From Bacteroidales bacterium (lineage in GTDB: Bacteria > Bacteroidota > Bacteroidia > Bacteroidales > UBA3663), in assembly GCA_045576355.1 (NCBI GenBank), contig JAZNGG010000047.1, positions 3,519 through 67,518 of the forward strand: a stretch of 64,000 bases of DNA, in the 5' to 3' direction. The notes under the pieces are model-generated. The model searched no databases. It worked only from the letters and a program-made list of their open reading frames with translations, and had not been told where the DNA came from. Position 1 is the first letter of the stretch. Each line of letters opens with the position of its first letter. This document shows positions 53,668 through 63,161 of this stretch, piece after piece. Made by a program: the position numbers and the translations under genes.

Positions 53668-55209
53668 TTACACCTGTTGTTGTTCGATCATAAATGCTTG
53701 TAATTCGTCCAAATAAGATGTCGAATTACTTAATCTGGGTATCTTATGTTGTCCGCCAAGTTTCCCTTTGGCTTTAAGCCAATCATTGAACAATCCTTGT
53801 GGAGCTTTGATCAAATGCAATCTTTCCAGAAATATTCCTTTATATCGTTTTGCTTCGTAATCTGAGTTCAGATTTTGGAGAGTCTCATCTAAAAAGTCTG
53901 CAAATGCTTCCAGATCTTTGGGCGCCTTCTCAAAATCAATAATCCAAGTGTGATGAGCCTTTTTATTGTCTTGGGCAAAAGTGGGACCGGCTGTATAGTC
54001 TGCGATTACGGCATCAAATTCCTTACAAGCAATGGCCAATGCCTGATCCGTATTACTCACCATCAACTCTTCTCCAAAAGCATTTATGTAGTGTTTGGTG
54101 CGTCCGGTGATCAAGATTTTATAAGGGTCGCGAGACGTGAATTTGACGGTGTCACCGATGATGTATCTCCATAATCCGGGGGTAGAGATTACCATGGCAT
54201 AATTCTTTTCTAATTCTACTTCCCAAAGTGGTACAATCTTAGGATTGGGCGTATCAAATTCATCCATCGGAATAAATTCATAGAAAACCGCCAGGTCAAG
54301 CATCAGCAGCATGGACGAGTCATTCCAATCGTTTTGGATGGCAAAGAAACCTTCGCTAGCATTGTAGGTTTCGAGGTAATGCATTTTGGAAGAAGGAATC
54401 AACTTTTTATATTGTTCACGATAGGGGGTGAAACTGATACCTCCATGGAAGAAGACTTCCAGGTTGGGCCATACCTCTGTAAGGTCTTTTGCCCCTTTTG
54501 CCTCCATGACATTTTTGATCAATCCCATCATCCACGAGGGGACTCCGCTTAGGCTCGTAACATCAACATTCATAGTGGCTTGTGTCAAAGCTTTAAGTTT
54601 GGCTTCCCATTCGTCCATCAATGCGATTTCCTTGCTCGGTGTTCGGATGACGTTGACAAGGGGATTGATATTTTGGATCAGACAAGCCGAGAGGTCTCCC
54701 GCATGAATGTTTGGGGCGATTTCTGTAGGCTTGTGACTCCCTCCCAAAATCAGACCTTTGCCATTAAAAAAACGACTTTTCGGATTGAGATGTAAATAGA
54801 TTGACACAACGTCTGTCCCTCCCTTATAATGAGTCCGTTTTAAGGCATCTTTCGTAACAGGAATAAATTTACTCTTGTCTGCTGTTGTGCCAGATGACTT
54901 GGCAAACCATTTTACTAAGCCCGGCCATAACACACTGGTTTCACCTTTTAACATGCGCTCAATCCAAGGCTTTATCTCATCATAAGTATTGAGAGGTACA
55001 GCCTTGGCAAAATGTTCATAGTTGGGCATACCATCGATATAGGCAATCCGTTTTTTCAATTCGTACTCTTTTCCGAATTGAGTCTTATAGCCGTTCTTTA
55101 AAAGATAATTCAACTGACGGAGTTGTATCTTTTTGGCGTCAGTATCATATCGTTTGATTTGCTTGTATCGATGGTTAAAAACCAGCTTGTTAATGAGCTT
55201 CGTGATCAT
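53668..55209 (-). CDS. GH3-family (plant GH3/JAR1-like) acyl-adenylate-forming enzyme
   Basis: 513 aa. FAKSSGTTADKSKFIPVT (SSGTT adenylation motif) and overall colinearity with bacterial 'GH3 auxin-responsive promoter' family proteins, from memory. Confidence 0.7.
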   Translation of the reverse strand: MITKLINKLVFNHRYKQIKRYDTDAKKIQLRQLNYLLKNGYKTQFGKEYELKKRIAYIDGMPNYEHFAKAVPLNTYDEIKPWIERMLKGETSVLWPGLVKWFAKSSGTTADKSKFIPVTKDALKRTHYKGGTDVVSIYLHLNPKSRFFNGKGLILGGSHKPTEIAPNIHAGDLSACLIQNINPLVNVIRTPSKEIALMDEWEAKLKALTQATMNVDVTSLSGVPSWMMGLIKNVMEAKGAKDLTEVWPNLEVFFHGGISFTPYREQYKKLIPSSKMHYLETYNASEGFFAIQNDWNDSSMLLMLDLAVFYEFIPMDEFDTPNPKIVPLWEVELEKNYAMVISTPGLWRYIIGDTVKFTSRDPYKILITGRTKHYINAFGEELMVSNTDQALAIACKEFDAVIADYTAGPTFAQDNKKAHHTWIIDFEKAPKDLEAFADFLDETLQNLNSDYEAKRYKGIFLERLHLIKAPQGLFNDWLKAKGKLGGQHKIPRLSNSTSYLDELQAFMIEQQQV

Positions 55210-55262
55210 TGTGAGGATGTTTTTAGTCGCTTCTATGTATTGTCATTCAAAGACTTAACACA

Positions 55263-57620
55263 TCATGCCTTAGTCTTACGTTTGCTATATCGACGAGTAG
55301 GCTTGCTTTTTTGAGGAGCGGATTCTGCCTCTGTAATGATGGCAATACACTCTTCGTATGTAATGGTTTCAGCCTTTTTGCCTTTCGGGAGTTTATAATT
55401 CTTGCCATCTTTGTTCAGGTAGGGCCCGAATCGTCCGTTTAACACTGATAGAGACGGATCTTGTTCAAATGTCTGAAGCAATGATTTCTTACTCTCTTCT
55501 TGTTTCTTATGTATCAATGAAACAGCCTCTTCCAATGTAACGTTATTGGGATCGGCCTCTTTGTCCAAGGAGTAATATTTGTCAATGTGTTTGATGTATG
55601 GTCCGTAACGACCCACTCCGACAATTACGTCATGACCCTCCAAATCTCCTAAAGTCTTAGGAAGGTCAAATAGCTTAATCGCTTCTTCGAGTGTAATGCT
55701 ACTGATGGTTTGCCCTTTCTGCAGTGGGGCAAAAAGGGGCTTTTCGCATTCGTTCGGTTGCCCTATTTGTACCACAGAACCATAGCGGCTCAATTTGACT
55801 GAGACTGTATGCCCTGTTTTGGGGTCTTTCCCTAATATGCGTTCTCCTACTTTTCTTTCAGTACGTTCTTCTATCGTAGAGGTAACTAATGGATGAAATA
55901 TCTTGTAGAAGTTATCGATGCAAACTCTCCACTCTTCATTTCCCTCTGCGATTTCGTCAAACCTTTCTTCCACTTTGGCAGTGAAATCATACTCCATGAT
56001 TTCGGGGAAATGCTGTTGTAAAAAGTCGTTGACAATTACTCCAATGTCTGTAGGTACAAGTTTCCCTTTATCATTGCCATAGGTCTCTGATGCAATGGAT
56101 TTGGTGATTCTACCATTTCGGAGTTTAAGATGGATAATCTCTCTTTTTTCAGAGGGTAAATCATATCGTGTGATATACTCACGAGCTTGTATCGTAGAAA
56201 TTGTTGGGGCATAGGTGGAAGGTCGTCCAATGCCTAATTCCTCCATTTTTTTGACCAAACTTGCTTCGGTAAATCTGGGAGGTCTCTGAGAAAAGCGTTG
56301 GATGGCTTCAGCTTGGCTCAAAAGTAATGTCTCACCGGCTGAAAGAGTAGGCAAAATTGGAGCAGACTCATTCTCAACTCCTTCGTCAAAAGACTCGGCA
56401 TATACACTTAGGAATCCATCAAATTTGATAACCTCTCCAGAAGCGATGAAACTATCAGAGGTCCCTTCCATGGCAATCTCGATTGTGGTTTTCTCAATTT
56501 CAGCATCTGCCATCTGTGAGGCAACAGTCCGTTTCCAGATTAAGTCATAGAGCCGTTTTTCCGTTGCAGTTCCCTCTATGGTTGTCCGATTGATATACGA
56601 GGGTCTGATGGCCTCATGTGCCTCCTGAGCTCCTTTGCTGTGGGTGTGATAGTTGCGTGTGTGTAAATACCTCTCACCTTTTGTTGAGAGTATTTGCTCT
56701 TTTGCTGTAGCGAGTGCCAATCCGGAAAGATTCACAGAGTCTGTACGCATATAAGTGATGAGTCCGGACTCATAAAGTTTCTGTGCGATTCGCATCGTTT
56801 GCGAGACACTGAGTCGAAGCTTACGTGCAGCCTCTTGTTGAAGTGTTGATGTAGTGAATGGTGGTGCCGGAACCCGCTTGATGGGTTTTTGTGTGACATT
56901 AGCCACTTGGAATGACGCCATTTTACATCTTTCAAGAAATGCAACTGCCTCTTCCTGAGACTTAAAGCGCTTGCTGAGTTCGGCATTCAGTTGAATCTCT
57001 TTCCCCTCTGTATCATGAGTGCTGAATGTCGCAGTAAGACGATAAGACTCTTCGGTTTTAAAATTCTTAATCTCTCGTTCTCTATCGACGATGAGCCTTA
57101 CAGCTACACTTTGTACGCGTCCGGCAGAAAGTGAGGGTTTGATTTTTTTCCATAAGATAGGGGAGAGCTGAAAACCAACGATTCTGTCCAAAACTCGGCG
57201 AGCTTGTTGGGCATTGACAAGATGGGCATCTATCGTTCGAGGATTCTCTATAGCGTGTAAAATAGCACTTTTAGTGATCTCATGGAAGACTATGCGGCGG
57301 GTATTTTCCGGTTTTAAGTCTAAAACCTCATAAAGATGCCAGGAGATAGCTTCCCCTTCGCGGTCTTCATCGGATGCCAGCCATACAACTTCTGCTTTCT
57401 TTGCCTCCTTCTTCAGGTTTTCCACCAAATTTTTCTTTTCAGATGGAACTTCGTATAGAGGGGTAAAATTGTTTTCAATGTCTATGCTGAAGTTGTTTTT
57501 TTGGAGATCTCTAATGTGACCATAGCTGGAGGTCACCTTATAGTCACTTCCCAAAAACTTTTCTATAGTTTTAGCTTTAGCCGGAGACTCTACGATAACG
57601 AGATTTTTGGACATGATCAA
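55263..57620 (-). CDS. topA: DNA topoisomerase I
   Basis: 785 aa. Toprim LVIVESPAKAKTI, active-site tyrosine in ITYMRTDS, basic C-terminal tail. The start could instead be the third codon (MSKNL). Confidence 0.95.
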   Translation of the reverse strand: MIMSKNLVIVESPAKAKTIEKFLGSDYKVTSSYGHIRDLQKNNFSIDIENNFTPLYEVPSEKKNLVENLKKEAKKAEVVWLASDEDREGEAISWHLYEVLDLKPENTRRIVFHEITKSAILHAIENPRTIDAHLVNAQQARRVLDRIVGFQLSPILWKKIKPSLSAGRVQSVAVRLIVDREREIKNFKTEESYRLTATFSTHDTEGKEIQLNAELSKRFKSQEEAVAFLERCKMASFQVANVTQKPIKRVPAPPFTTSTLQQEAARKLRLSVSQTMRIAQKLYESGLITYMRTDSVNLSGLALATAKEQILSTKGERYLHTRNYHTHSKGAQEAHEAIRPSYINRTTIEGTATEKRLYDLIWKRTVASQMADAEIEKTTIEIAMEGTSDSFIASGEVIKFDGFLSVYAESFDEGVENESAPILPTLSAGETLLLSQAEAIQRFSQRPPRFTEASLVKKMEELGIGRPSTYAPTISTIQAREYITRYDLPSEKREIIHLKLRNGRITKSIASETYGNDKGKLVPTDIGVIVNDFLQQHFPEIMEYDFTAKVEERFDEIAEGNEEWRVCIDNFYKIFHPLVTSTIEERTERKVGERILGKDPKTGHTVSVKLSRYGSVVQIGQPNECEKPLFAPLQKGQTISSITLEEAIKLFDLPKTLGDLEGHDVIVGVGRYGPYIKHIDKYYSLDKEADPNNVTLEEAVSLIHKKQEESKKSLLQTFEQDPSLSVLNGRFGPYLNKDGKNYKLPKGKKAETITYEECIAIITEAESAPQKSKPTRRYSKRKTKA

Positions 57621-57722
57621 ACTATATTATTTTTATTTATATTTCTACAATGAATCTACTCTTGCTTCTGTTCAAATGGAGAAAATACCTTTCCCTCATT
57701 TTTATAGATGGAATTTGCAGCG

Positions 57723-57730
57723 CAAAAGTA
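57723..57730 (-). promoter_or_regulatory. -7 box TActTTTG (minus strand) for topA
   Basis: Plus-strand caaaagta at 57723-57730. Confidence 0.45.
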
Positions 57731-57765
57731 CAACTTTTTTTATTATAGGACAATATTTTAATCGG

Positions 57766-57802
57766 AAAACTGAATGCAGCGAGTAGAGCAGCATTCAGTT
57801 TT
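57766..57802 (-). terminator. Terminator hairpin after the beta-barrel gene
   Basis: aaaactgaatgc (57766-57777) pairs with gcattcagtttt (57791-57802). Confidence 0.7.
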
Positions 57803-57820
57803 CAACTTTCTGTTTTAAGT

Positions 57821-59650
57821 TTAAAATTGCAAAGAGGCTCCTATGTTGAAATTCAAACGCTGTGCCGGGATTCCAGCCCAGACATCATACTTTTGACAAA
57901 GTAGATTGCCGAAAGAGGCATAGGCCAACAATTTGTCGCTGAAAGTCCAGGTCCCTTTCAGCCCTAAGTCAGATACACTCTTGAGCGATAATTCTTTTAA
58001 ACCGGATATAGTTTGCACCCATGCATTACGTCCATAATATCCTCTGAATGACAATTCAATATTCAATTCCTTGAGCGGATTGGAGTATAAGAAAATTCCT
58101 GTTTGTAGGGCAGGCTGATAACTTCCCGTTTTCTCCCTGGTGTGCAGGTTATAGAGGATTGATCCTCGAGCAGAAAAATATCGGTCATAGGTATATGATA
58201 CCTTTCCGCCGGCTTTAAAGCAGAGATCGTCGATATTTTCTATTCCGGTTAAAGTGTATCCATAGCGAGGGGACTGAACGATAGGGATCATGGCATCCAT
58301 AGTATATTTTGCACCGACAAAGATTTCTCCATTAAGATCTCCCCAGTTATGATCACAAAAACCTAACGTCATATCAAATAGTTCCCAGGGTGTTTTATAT
58401 TGTTCGTAAGGGAGATAGAAGGGGTAACGAGACATCATCTCTCTTTGTGTATAGCGGTGCAGTCCTCCGGTAATGTCGGCATAGATCTTTTGTTTGGTGT
58501 CTCTGAAAGTATATGTCATGTGGATCTTTGGCGCAATACCCCAATGATTATCCGGTCCACTAATATAATCTGCACGCACACCTACTTGCAGGCGCAAGCT
58601 ATCTTGTTGCAGTTTTATGTAGGGGGTAACGGAGATCTGTATGCCATCGGAGAGTTCCGGAAGTGAGGTTATTTCCTCTTCACGGTCTGCATAACTATAA
58701 TTGAGTCCGGAGATGAATGCTGAAAGACCGCAGTCATAGGCATCAATGCGGGTAGCGATGTCCCCGAAAAGTTTAAATCTAAGCTCTGTGGCATCCGGCA
58801 GAGAGATGGCATAATCCTCCAGCTCCAGTCCGCTGCGGAATGTAATTCCCTCCTGTTGCTGTTTGTGGTTATCCAATGTAATACCAAAACGAAAATCGCT
58901 AAGCCCTACATTTTCGTCTTCATCAGTTGTGGTCCAAATGAATTTGGTGTTTGTTGGAGGAAAGTTTGTTAAGTAGCTCTCGTCTCCGAGGAGAGCATTG
59001 GGGAGTGTATAGTTTTTGTAGTCGTAATGCACAGAAGCCTCAACGGTCATTGCTGAAAGATCTCTGGTCAGAGCCGCCGCTACATACCCATTATAATATC
59101 TGTTTTTCCAATCGGGAAGACGGGTTTTATCGAAATAGTTCTTGTGGTTGGATTCTATGTCAGCAATGGACATGTGATACCCTCCATTGACCCGCACTTG
59201 TGTTTTGTCGTCATCGATGATTTTGTAACCCGCATCAATGTTCGTATTCCAGTAGTTGCCCAAATTGGCATCAAGATAGCCCCGATAGGGAGAAAACGCT
59301 CTGTCATCAAATACCTGTCCTACAGGTAACTGTGTCACCGTTGTGTCTGTTGCCATGCTAGCATTCCAATCTGCATATTTCACTGCTGTGCGCGTTACTA
59401 TGGGCTGTTCGATAGCCGGTGTACGAACGATTTTATTGGCATCTCTCACTACGGGATCAAATTCTCTTTCGATCACCATAGACTGAGACATATTATCCTC
59501 ATTTTTCTTCTCTTCTTCTACGGTGGTTTGTATTCCTTTTCTTGTTGCTTTTCTCTTTCTCGCCCAAGCTTCTGTCGGAGTTAGGGTAGTGGATAGGACT
59601 AAGAGAGCGAGTAGCAGTACACGAGTATAGTGTATATTATTTTTTTTCAT
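57821..59650 (-). CDS. Predicted outer-membrane beta-barrel protein (unknown function)
   Basis: 609 aa. Signal peptide, charged linker (RKRKATRKG...EEEKKNED), alternating aromatic beta-strand pattern, C-terminal ...NIGASLQF. Confidence 0.6.
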   Translation of the reverse strand: MKKNNIHYTRVLLLALLVLSTTLTPTEAWARKRKATRKGIQTTVEEEKKNEDNMSQSMVIEREFDPVVRDANKIVRTPAIEQPIVTRTAVKYADWNASMATDTTVTQLPVGQVFDDRAFSPYRGYLDANLGNYWNTNIDAGYKIIDDDKTQVRVNGGYHMSIADIESNHKNYFDKTRLPDWKNRYYNGYVAAALTRDLSAMTVEASVHYDYKNYTLPNALLGDESYLTNFPPTNTKFIWTTTDEDENVGLSDFRFGITLDNHKQQQEGITFRSGLELEDYAISLPDATELRFKLFGDIATRIDAYDCGLSAFISGLNYSYADREEEITSLPELSDGIQISVTPYIKLQQDSLRLQVGVRADYISGPDNHWGIAPKIHMTYTFRDTKQKIYADITGGLHRYTQREMMSRYPFYLPYEQYKTPWELFDMTLGFCDHNWGDLNGEIFVGAKYTMDAMIPIVQSPRYGYTLTGIENIDDLCFKAGGKVSYTYDRYFSARGSILYNLHTREKTGSYQPALQTGIFLYSNPLKELNIELSFRGYYGRNAWVQTISGLKELSLKSVSDLGLKGTWTFSDKLLAYASFGNLLCQKYDVWAGIPAQRLNFNIGASLQF

Positions 59651-59659
59651 TGTCTGTTT

Positions 59660-62600
59660 TTATTTACAAAGGTTTATACGTTGTTCTATCATTTGATTGA
59701 TTTCTTCATTGCTGTTATAATTGCTTTGCAAACTTTGTAGATATTGTTTTGCTTGGAACGTGTCTCCCTTTTGGATGTAAATGTCTGCCAATAGGATAAA
59801 TGCCCGAGCCAGCCAGTATTGATGCGGTGTTCCGCTATTGATCAATTGGAAAACCTGAGTCTCTGCCTCTGCTGTTTGGTTGTCGTCAAAATAAAGTTGT
59901 GCCAATTGGTATTTTGCTTCAGCTCCATACATGCTGCGTGTGTCAGCAGATGCCTCTTTAAGGTCATCGATGGCATATTTTAACTCTTTCATCTCCATGA
60001 GTGATTTGCCACGGAGCAATTTGCCTTCCTGCCGCAGTGTTTCAGAGAGATGAGTGTCGGAATTAAGTTGTGTGAAGTTGAGCACTACATCTTCATGTTT
60101 GCCGAGTTGGGCAGCCATACGGGTGCTACCCATCAATGCTTTGCGTTTATGCTCTGCCTGGTCTGTCCTGACCACCAGTTGCTGATAGATGTCAAAAGCT
60201 TTTTCATAGTTCTGTTGTTCCTGATGTATTTCTGCCATGGCCATAAGCGCCTCGTCTGTATATTCCGAACCGGGCATGTTGGTTATGGCATCGTAATATT
60301 TGAGCGCCTCTTCCCAGCGTCCCTCTTTGTGGGTTGCCCGGGCAAGAGATATATTGGCATTCAATGCAAATTGTCCGTTAGGATAGACCACAAGATAGTC
60401 TTTAAGGGCTTTCTCTGCCTCTTGTGTTTTTCCGTTGGCGATAAGACGCGTTGCAGCAATGTAGGTCAAAGAATCCTGTTCTCCAAGTGACATAGGCATC
60501 TTTCCATCGATTTGTTGGATATATGAAGCATAGTCAGCGACTTGATTTCGCTCAACGTAAATGTTTTTCAAGTCATCGAGTGCTGTCTGAGCCTCCTCGC
60601 TGCCGGGATGAAGTGTGATGATGTTTTTGTAGGCATCTATGGCTTCATTGACCCGCCCTGTATTATAATATACTAAAGCCAATTGCAGACCTGCTTCCGG
60701 TGCGCTTTGAGAGTTATAAAAATGAGATGTTACTTCTTGAAATGACTTGATCGCATATTCATTGTTGCCCAATATGAGATAGGTTTTTCCTTTCTCCAAA
60801 TAGGCTTCGTCCAAATACTCACTTTCCGGATAATTTCGGATAAGGATGTCCAGATTGTCGATTTTGGCAGTGTATTTCTTTTGCAGACCTTGCATAAATG
60901 CTTTTTGATAGACCGCATAGTCAGCCGATGGAGTACCATTGTCATTGGCTGCGATACTATAATAATTTTCTGCCTGGTTGAAATTGCGTAGATAGTAATA
61001 GCAGTCTGCCATGCGTGTGGTGGCATCTATATAAGGAGCCGTGTTCCGTTCGGAAGGCTGTGCTACATATTTCCCTAAAGCCTCCAGTGCACCGGAGAAA
61101 TCCTGTTGTTTGTATTTGGTATATCCCAAATTGTAATATCCTGAAGCCAAATGAGAGGCATCGGATTGAGGCTTAATAGCGAGAAACTTTTCAAAGTCTT
61201 TTGCTGCAAGTGGATACTGACCATTCATGTAGTAAGCCTCTCCTCGCCAGTAATGAGCCTCTCCCAAAGTGTTTAGATTGAGTTTCCCAATGTTGATACA
61301 CTCGGAAAAGAGTACGATGGCACGATCTCGATTTTCATTGATAAACTCTTGTACGGCAAGTCTGTAGAGCAAACGTTGCTTGGCTGTCTGGATCTTTATG
61401 GAGGGTTTTCTGATTTTTGCTATTGAGGCAAGTGCAGCTTCGTAGTTATGAGTCGTAGTGTACACATCTGAAAGATAGGTGCTGGCATTATCAGCATAGG
61501 GAGAGTTTGGATATTCGTTGAGGAAGTTTTCAAAAAGAGAGACCTCTTCATTAAAAGGAGAAAATGCTGTTTCGTGTACGACGACAGCATGATTATATGC
61601 CGCTTCTTCTCGTATTTTTGCATCGGCTACGAGGGTTGCCGCACGTTCGAAAGCCATGCGGGCGCGAGAAAATTCTCCTTGATTCATATAGGTTTGTCCG
61701 AGTAACATAAATGATTTTTGTCCGGTCAGATCACAATCATTCACCTCGATGGCTTTGGTCAATGCTCGAACTGCAAGGTCATGATTACCTTCTTGGGCAG
61801 CCAATACACCACAATTGTATGCGCTGGAGGCAATCACTTGTTCCGCCTCTGTTATATATGCGCTCAGATATTGCATCGCTTCTCGCGCTCTCCCTTTTTG
61901 CATATAGCACTCACCGATGATTCGGTTCAACTCATTCTTTTGCTCAATGGTAGTCGTGCTCTGAGAAAGTAATTGTAAAGATTGGGAAAGAGTCTCGTCC
62001 CACTTCTGTTGCCTATAAAGGATCTGTACGATGTAATAAGGGACTGTTGTATTATACTTTTTGGATGATGGTAAAGCTCTGAATCTTTTCAGTGCTTGAT
62101 CGTAATTCTGCTCTTCGTAATCGAGATAAGCTACGTAATAGGTCGCTTCGGTAGCAAAATCGCTGTTCCCGGATTTTTCGATGGCGATGAAGTATGGACG
62201 TGCTTCTCTGTAATTCTTGTTTTCGATCAGTGCCTGACCCAGTCGGAAGAAAAGTAAAGGCTGCTCTGTGGGTTTGATCTCTGCAACATTGATCTGTTGG
62301 AGCACATTCAGAGCAAGATCACTTTGGTTGTTGTACAGATAATGTGTGCCCAAAGCCAATTTTATTTCAGCGGCATAGGTTGAAGTCGGATATTCTGATA
62401 AAAAGCGTTTCAGCAGATATTCGCTATCACTATCGTTAAGTCCGGCTGTAGCTAATGCTTTTAGGCATTCGAGACGTTCCTGCTCCGAAGAGGAAAGCGC
62501 CATGTCTCCCCATTCTTGTAATCTGTCCAAACAATCTCTATAAAGGTGCTGCGAGAACAAATATTCGGCTTGCTGTAACTTCTCTGTCTGTATGTCCTGA

Positions 62601-62722
62601 CTGTTATGCACTGCAGCCTGCTGTGCCATGAGTTGAAAAGGGAAAGAGATACTTACGACCCAAATCAGAGTGTATAATAAGCCGGACACCTTAGCAATCG
62701 GTGTGAGTGAACGGATATTCAT
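59660..62722 (-). CDS. Large tetratricopeptide-repeat (TPR) protein
   Basis: 1020 aa. N-terminal hydrophobic segment, then many 34-aa TPR-like units (A..YY.G..Y....Y..A...F). Its 3' end (59660) lies 9 bp upstream of the start codon of the beta-barrel gene (59650). Confidence 0.75.
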   Translation of the reverse strand: MNIRSLTPIAKVSGLLYTLIWVVSISFPFQLMAQQAAVHNSQDIQTEKLQQAEYLFSQHLYRDCLDRLQEWGDMALSSSEQERLECLKALATAGLNDSDSEYLLKRFLSEYPTSTYAAEIKLALGTHYLYNNQSDLALNVLQQINVAEIKPTEQPLLFFRLGQALIENKNYREARPYFIAIEKSGNSDFATEATYYVAYLDYEEQNYDQALKRFRALPSSKKYNTTVPYYIVQILYRQQKWDETLSQSLQLLSQSTTTIEQKNELNRIIGECYMQKGRAREAMQYLSAYITEAEQVIASSAYNCGVLAAQEGNHDLAVRALTKAIEVNDCDLTGQKSFMLLGQTYMNQGEFSRARMAFERAATLVADAKIREEAAYNHAVVVHETAFSPFNEEVSLFENFLNEYPNSPYADNASTYLSDVYTTTHNYEAALASIAKIRKPSIKIQTAKQRLLYRLAVQEFINENRDRAIVLFSECINIGKLNLNTLGEAHYWRGEAYYMNGQYPLAAKDFEKFLAIKPQSDASHLASGYYNLGYTKYKQQDFSGALEALGKYVAQPSERNTAPYIDATTRMADCYYYLRNFNQAENYYSIAANDNGTPSADYAVYQKAFMQGLQKKYTAKIDNLDILIRNYPESEYLDEAYLEKGKTYLILGNNEYAIKSFQEVTSHFYNSQSAPEAGLQLALVYYNTGRVNEAIDAYKNIITLHPGSEEAQTALDDLKNIYVERNQVADYASYIQQIDGKMPMSLGEQDSLTYIAATRLIANGKTQEAEKALKDYLVVYPNGQFALNANISLARATHKEGRWEEALKYYDAITNMPGSEYTDEALMAMAEIHQEQQNYEKAFDIYQQLVVRTDQAEHKRKALMGSTRMAAQLGKHEDVVLNFTQLNSDTHLSETLRQEGKLLRGKSLMEMKELKYAIDDLKEASADTRSMYGAEAKYQLAQLYFDDNQTAEAETQVFQLINSGTPHQYWLARAFILLADIYIQKGDTFQAKQYLQSLQSNYNSNEEINQMIEQRINLCK

Positions 62723-62821
62723 GATGTCGTTATTTTTTTCGTTTAAGTGTATAAGCTTTTATATGTTTTACTATGTTAACTCTCAACGTTTCAATGAGAC
62801 TTAACCCATTGTACACTCCGG

Positions 62822-62853
62822 CAAAGATATATAGTTTATTTGTTTTGTGCAAA
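62822..62853 (-). promoter_or_regulatory. Bacteroides-type promoter (minus strand) for the TPR/beta-barrel operon
   Basis: Plus-strand caaagata at 62822-62829 (TAtcTTTG) and caaa at 62850-62853 (-33 TTTG), 20 bp apart. Confidence 0.6.
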
Positions 62854-63044
62854 ATTTTTGTTATTTATCCTCTTTACCATACTTGTCGGATTTTTATAGT
62901 TCCCCTTCAAAAATTATCTTTTATGTCTTCTGACAAAATTCGTAAGACATTCTTGCAAAAAAAGAGATAGTATGTTATAAATGTTTAAATTTTACTTTTT
63001 CATGCTTTATTTGTTGATAAACTTCAAGTGTAGGTTGATATTTC

Positions 63045-63075
63045 TTTGGAAAATAAATGCTTTTTTGTACCTTTG
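63045..63075 (+). promoter_or_regulatory. Bacteroides-type promoter for the TolC-like gene
   Basis: TTTG at 63045-63048 and tacctttg at 63068-63075, 19 bp apart. Confidence 0.65.
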
Positions 63076-63161
63076 CAGGCACTTTAATGTCAGTGCGTGT
63101 AACGGATTACACACACTTGAACAAAATAACGAAAAGGTAAATCGAATTATAATAAAAACTA

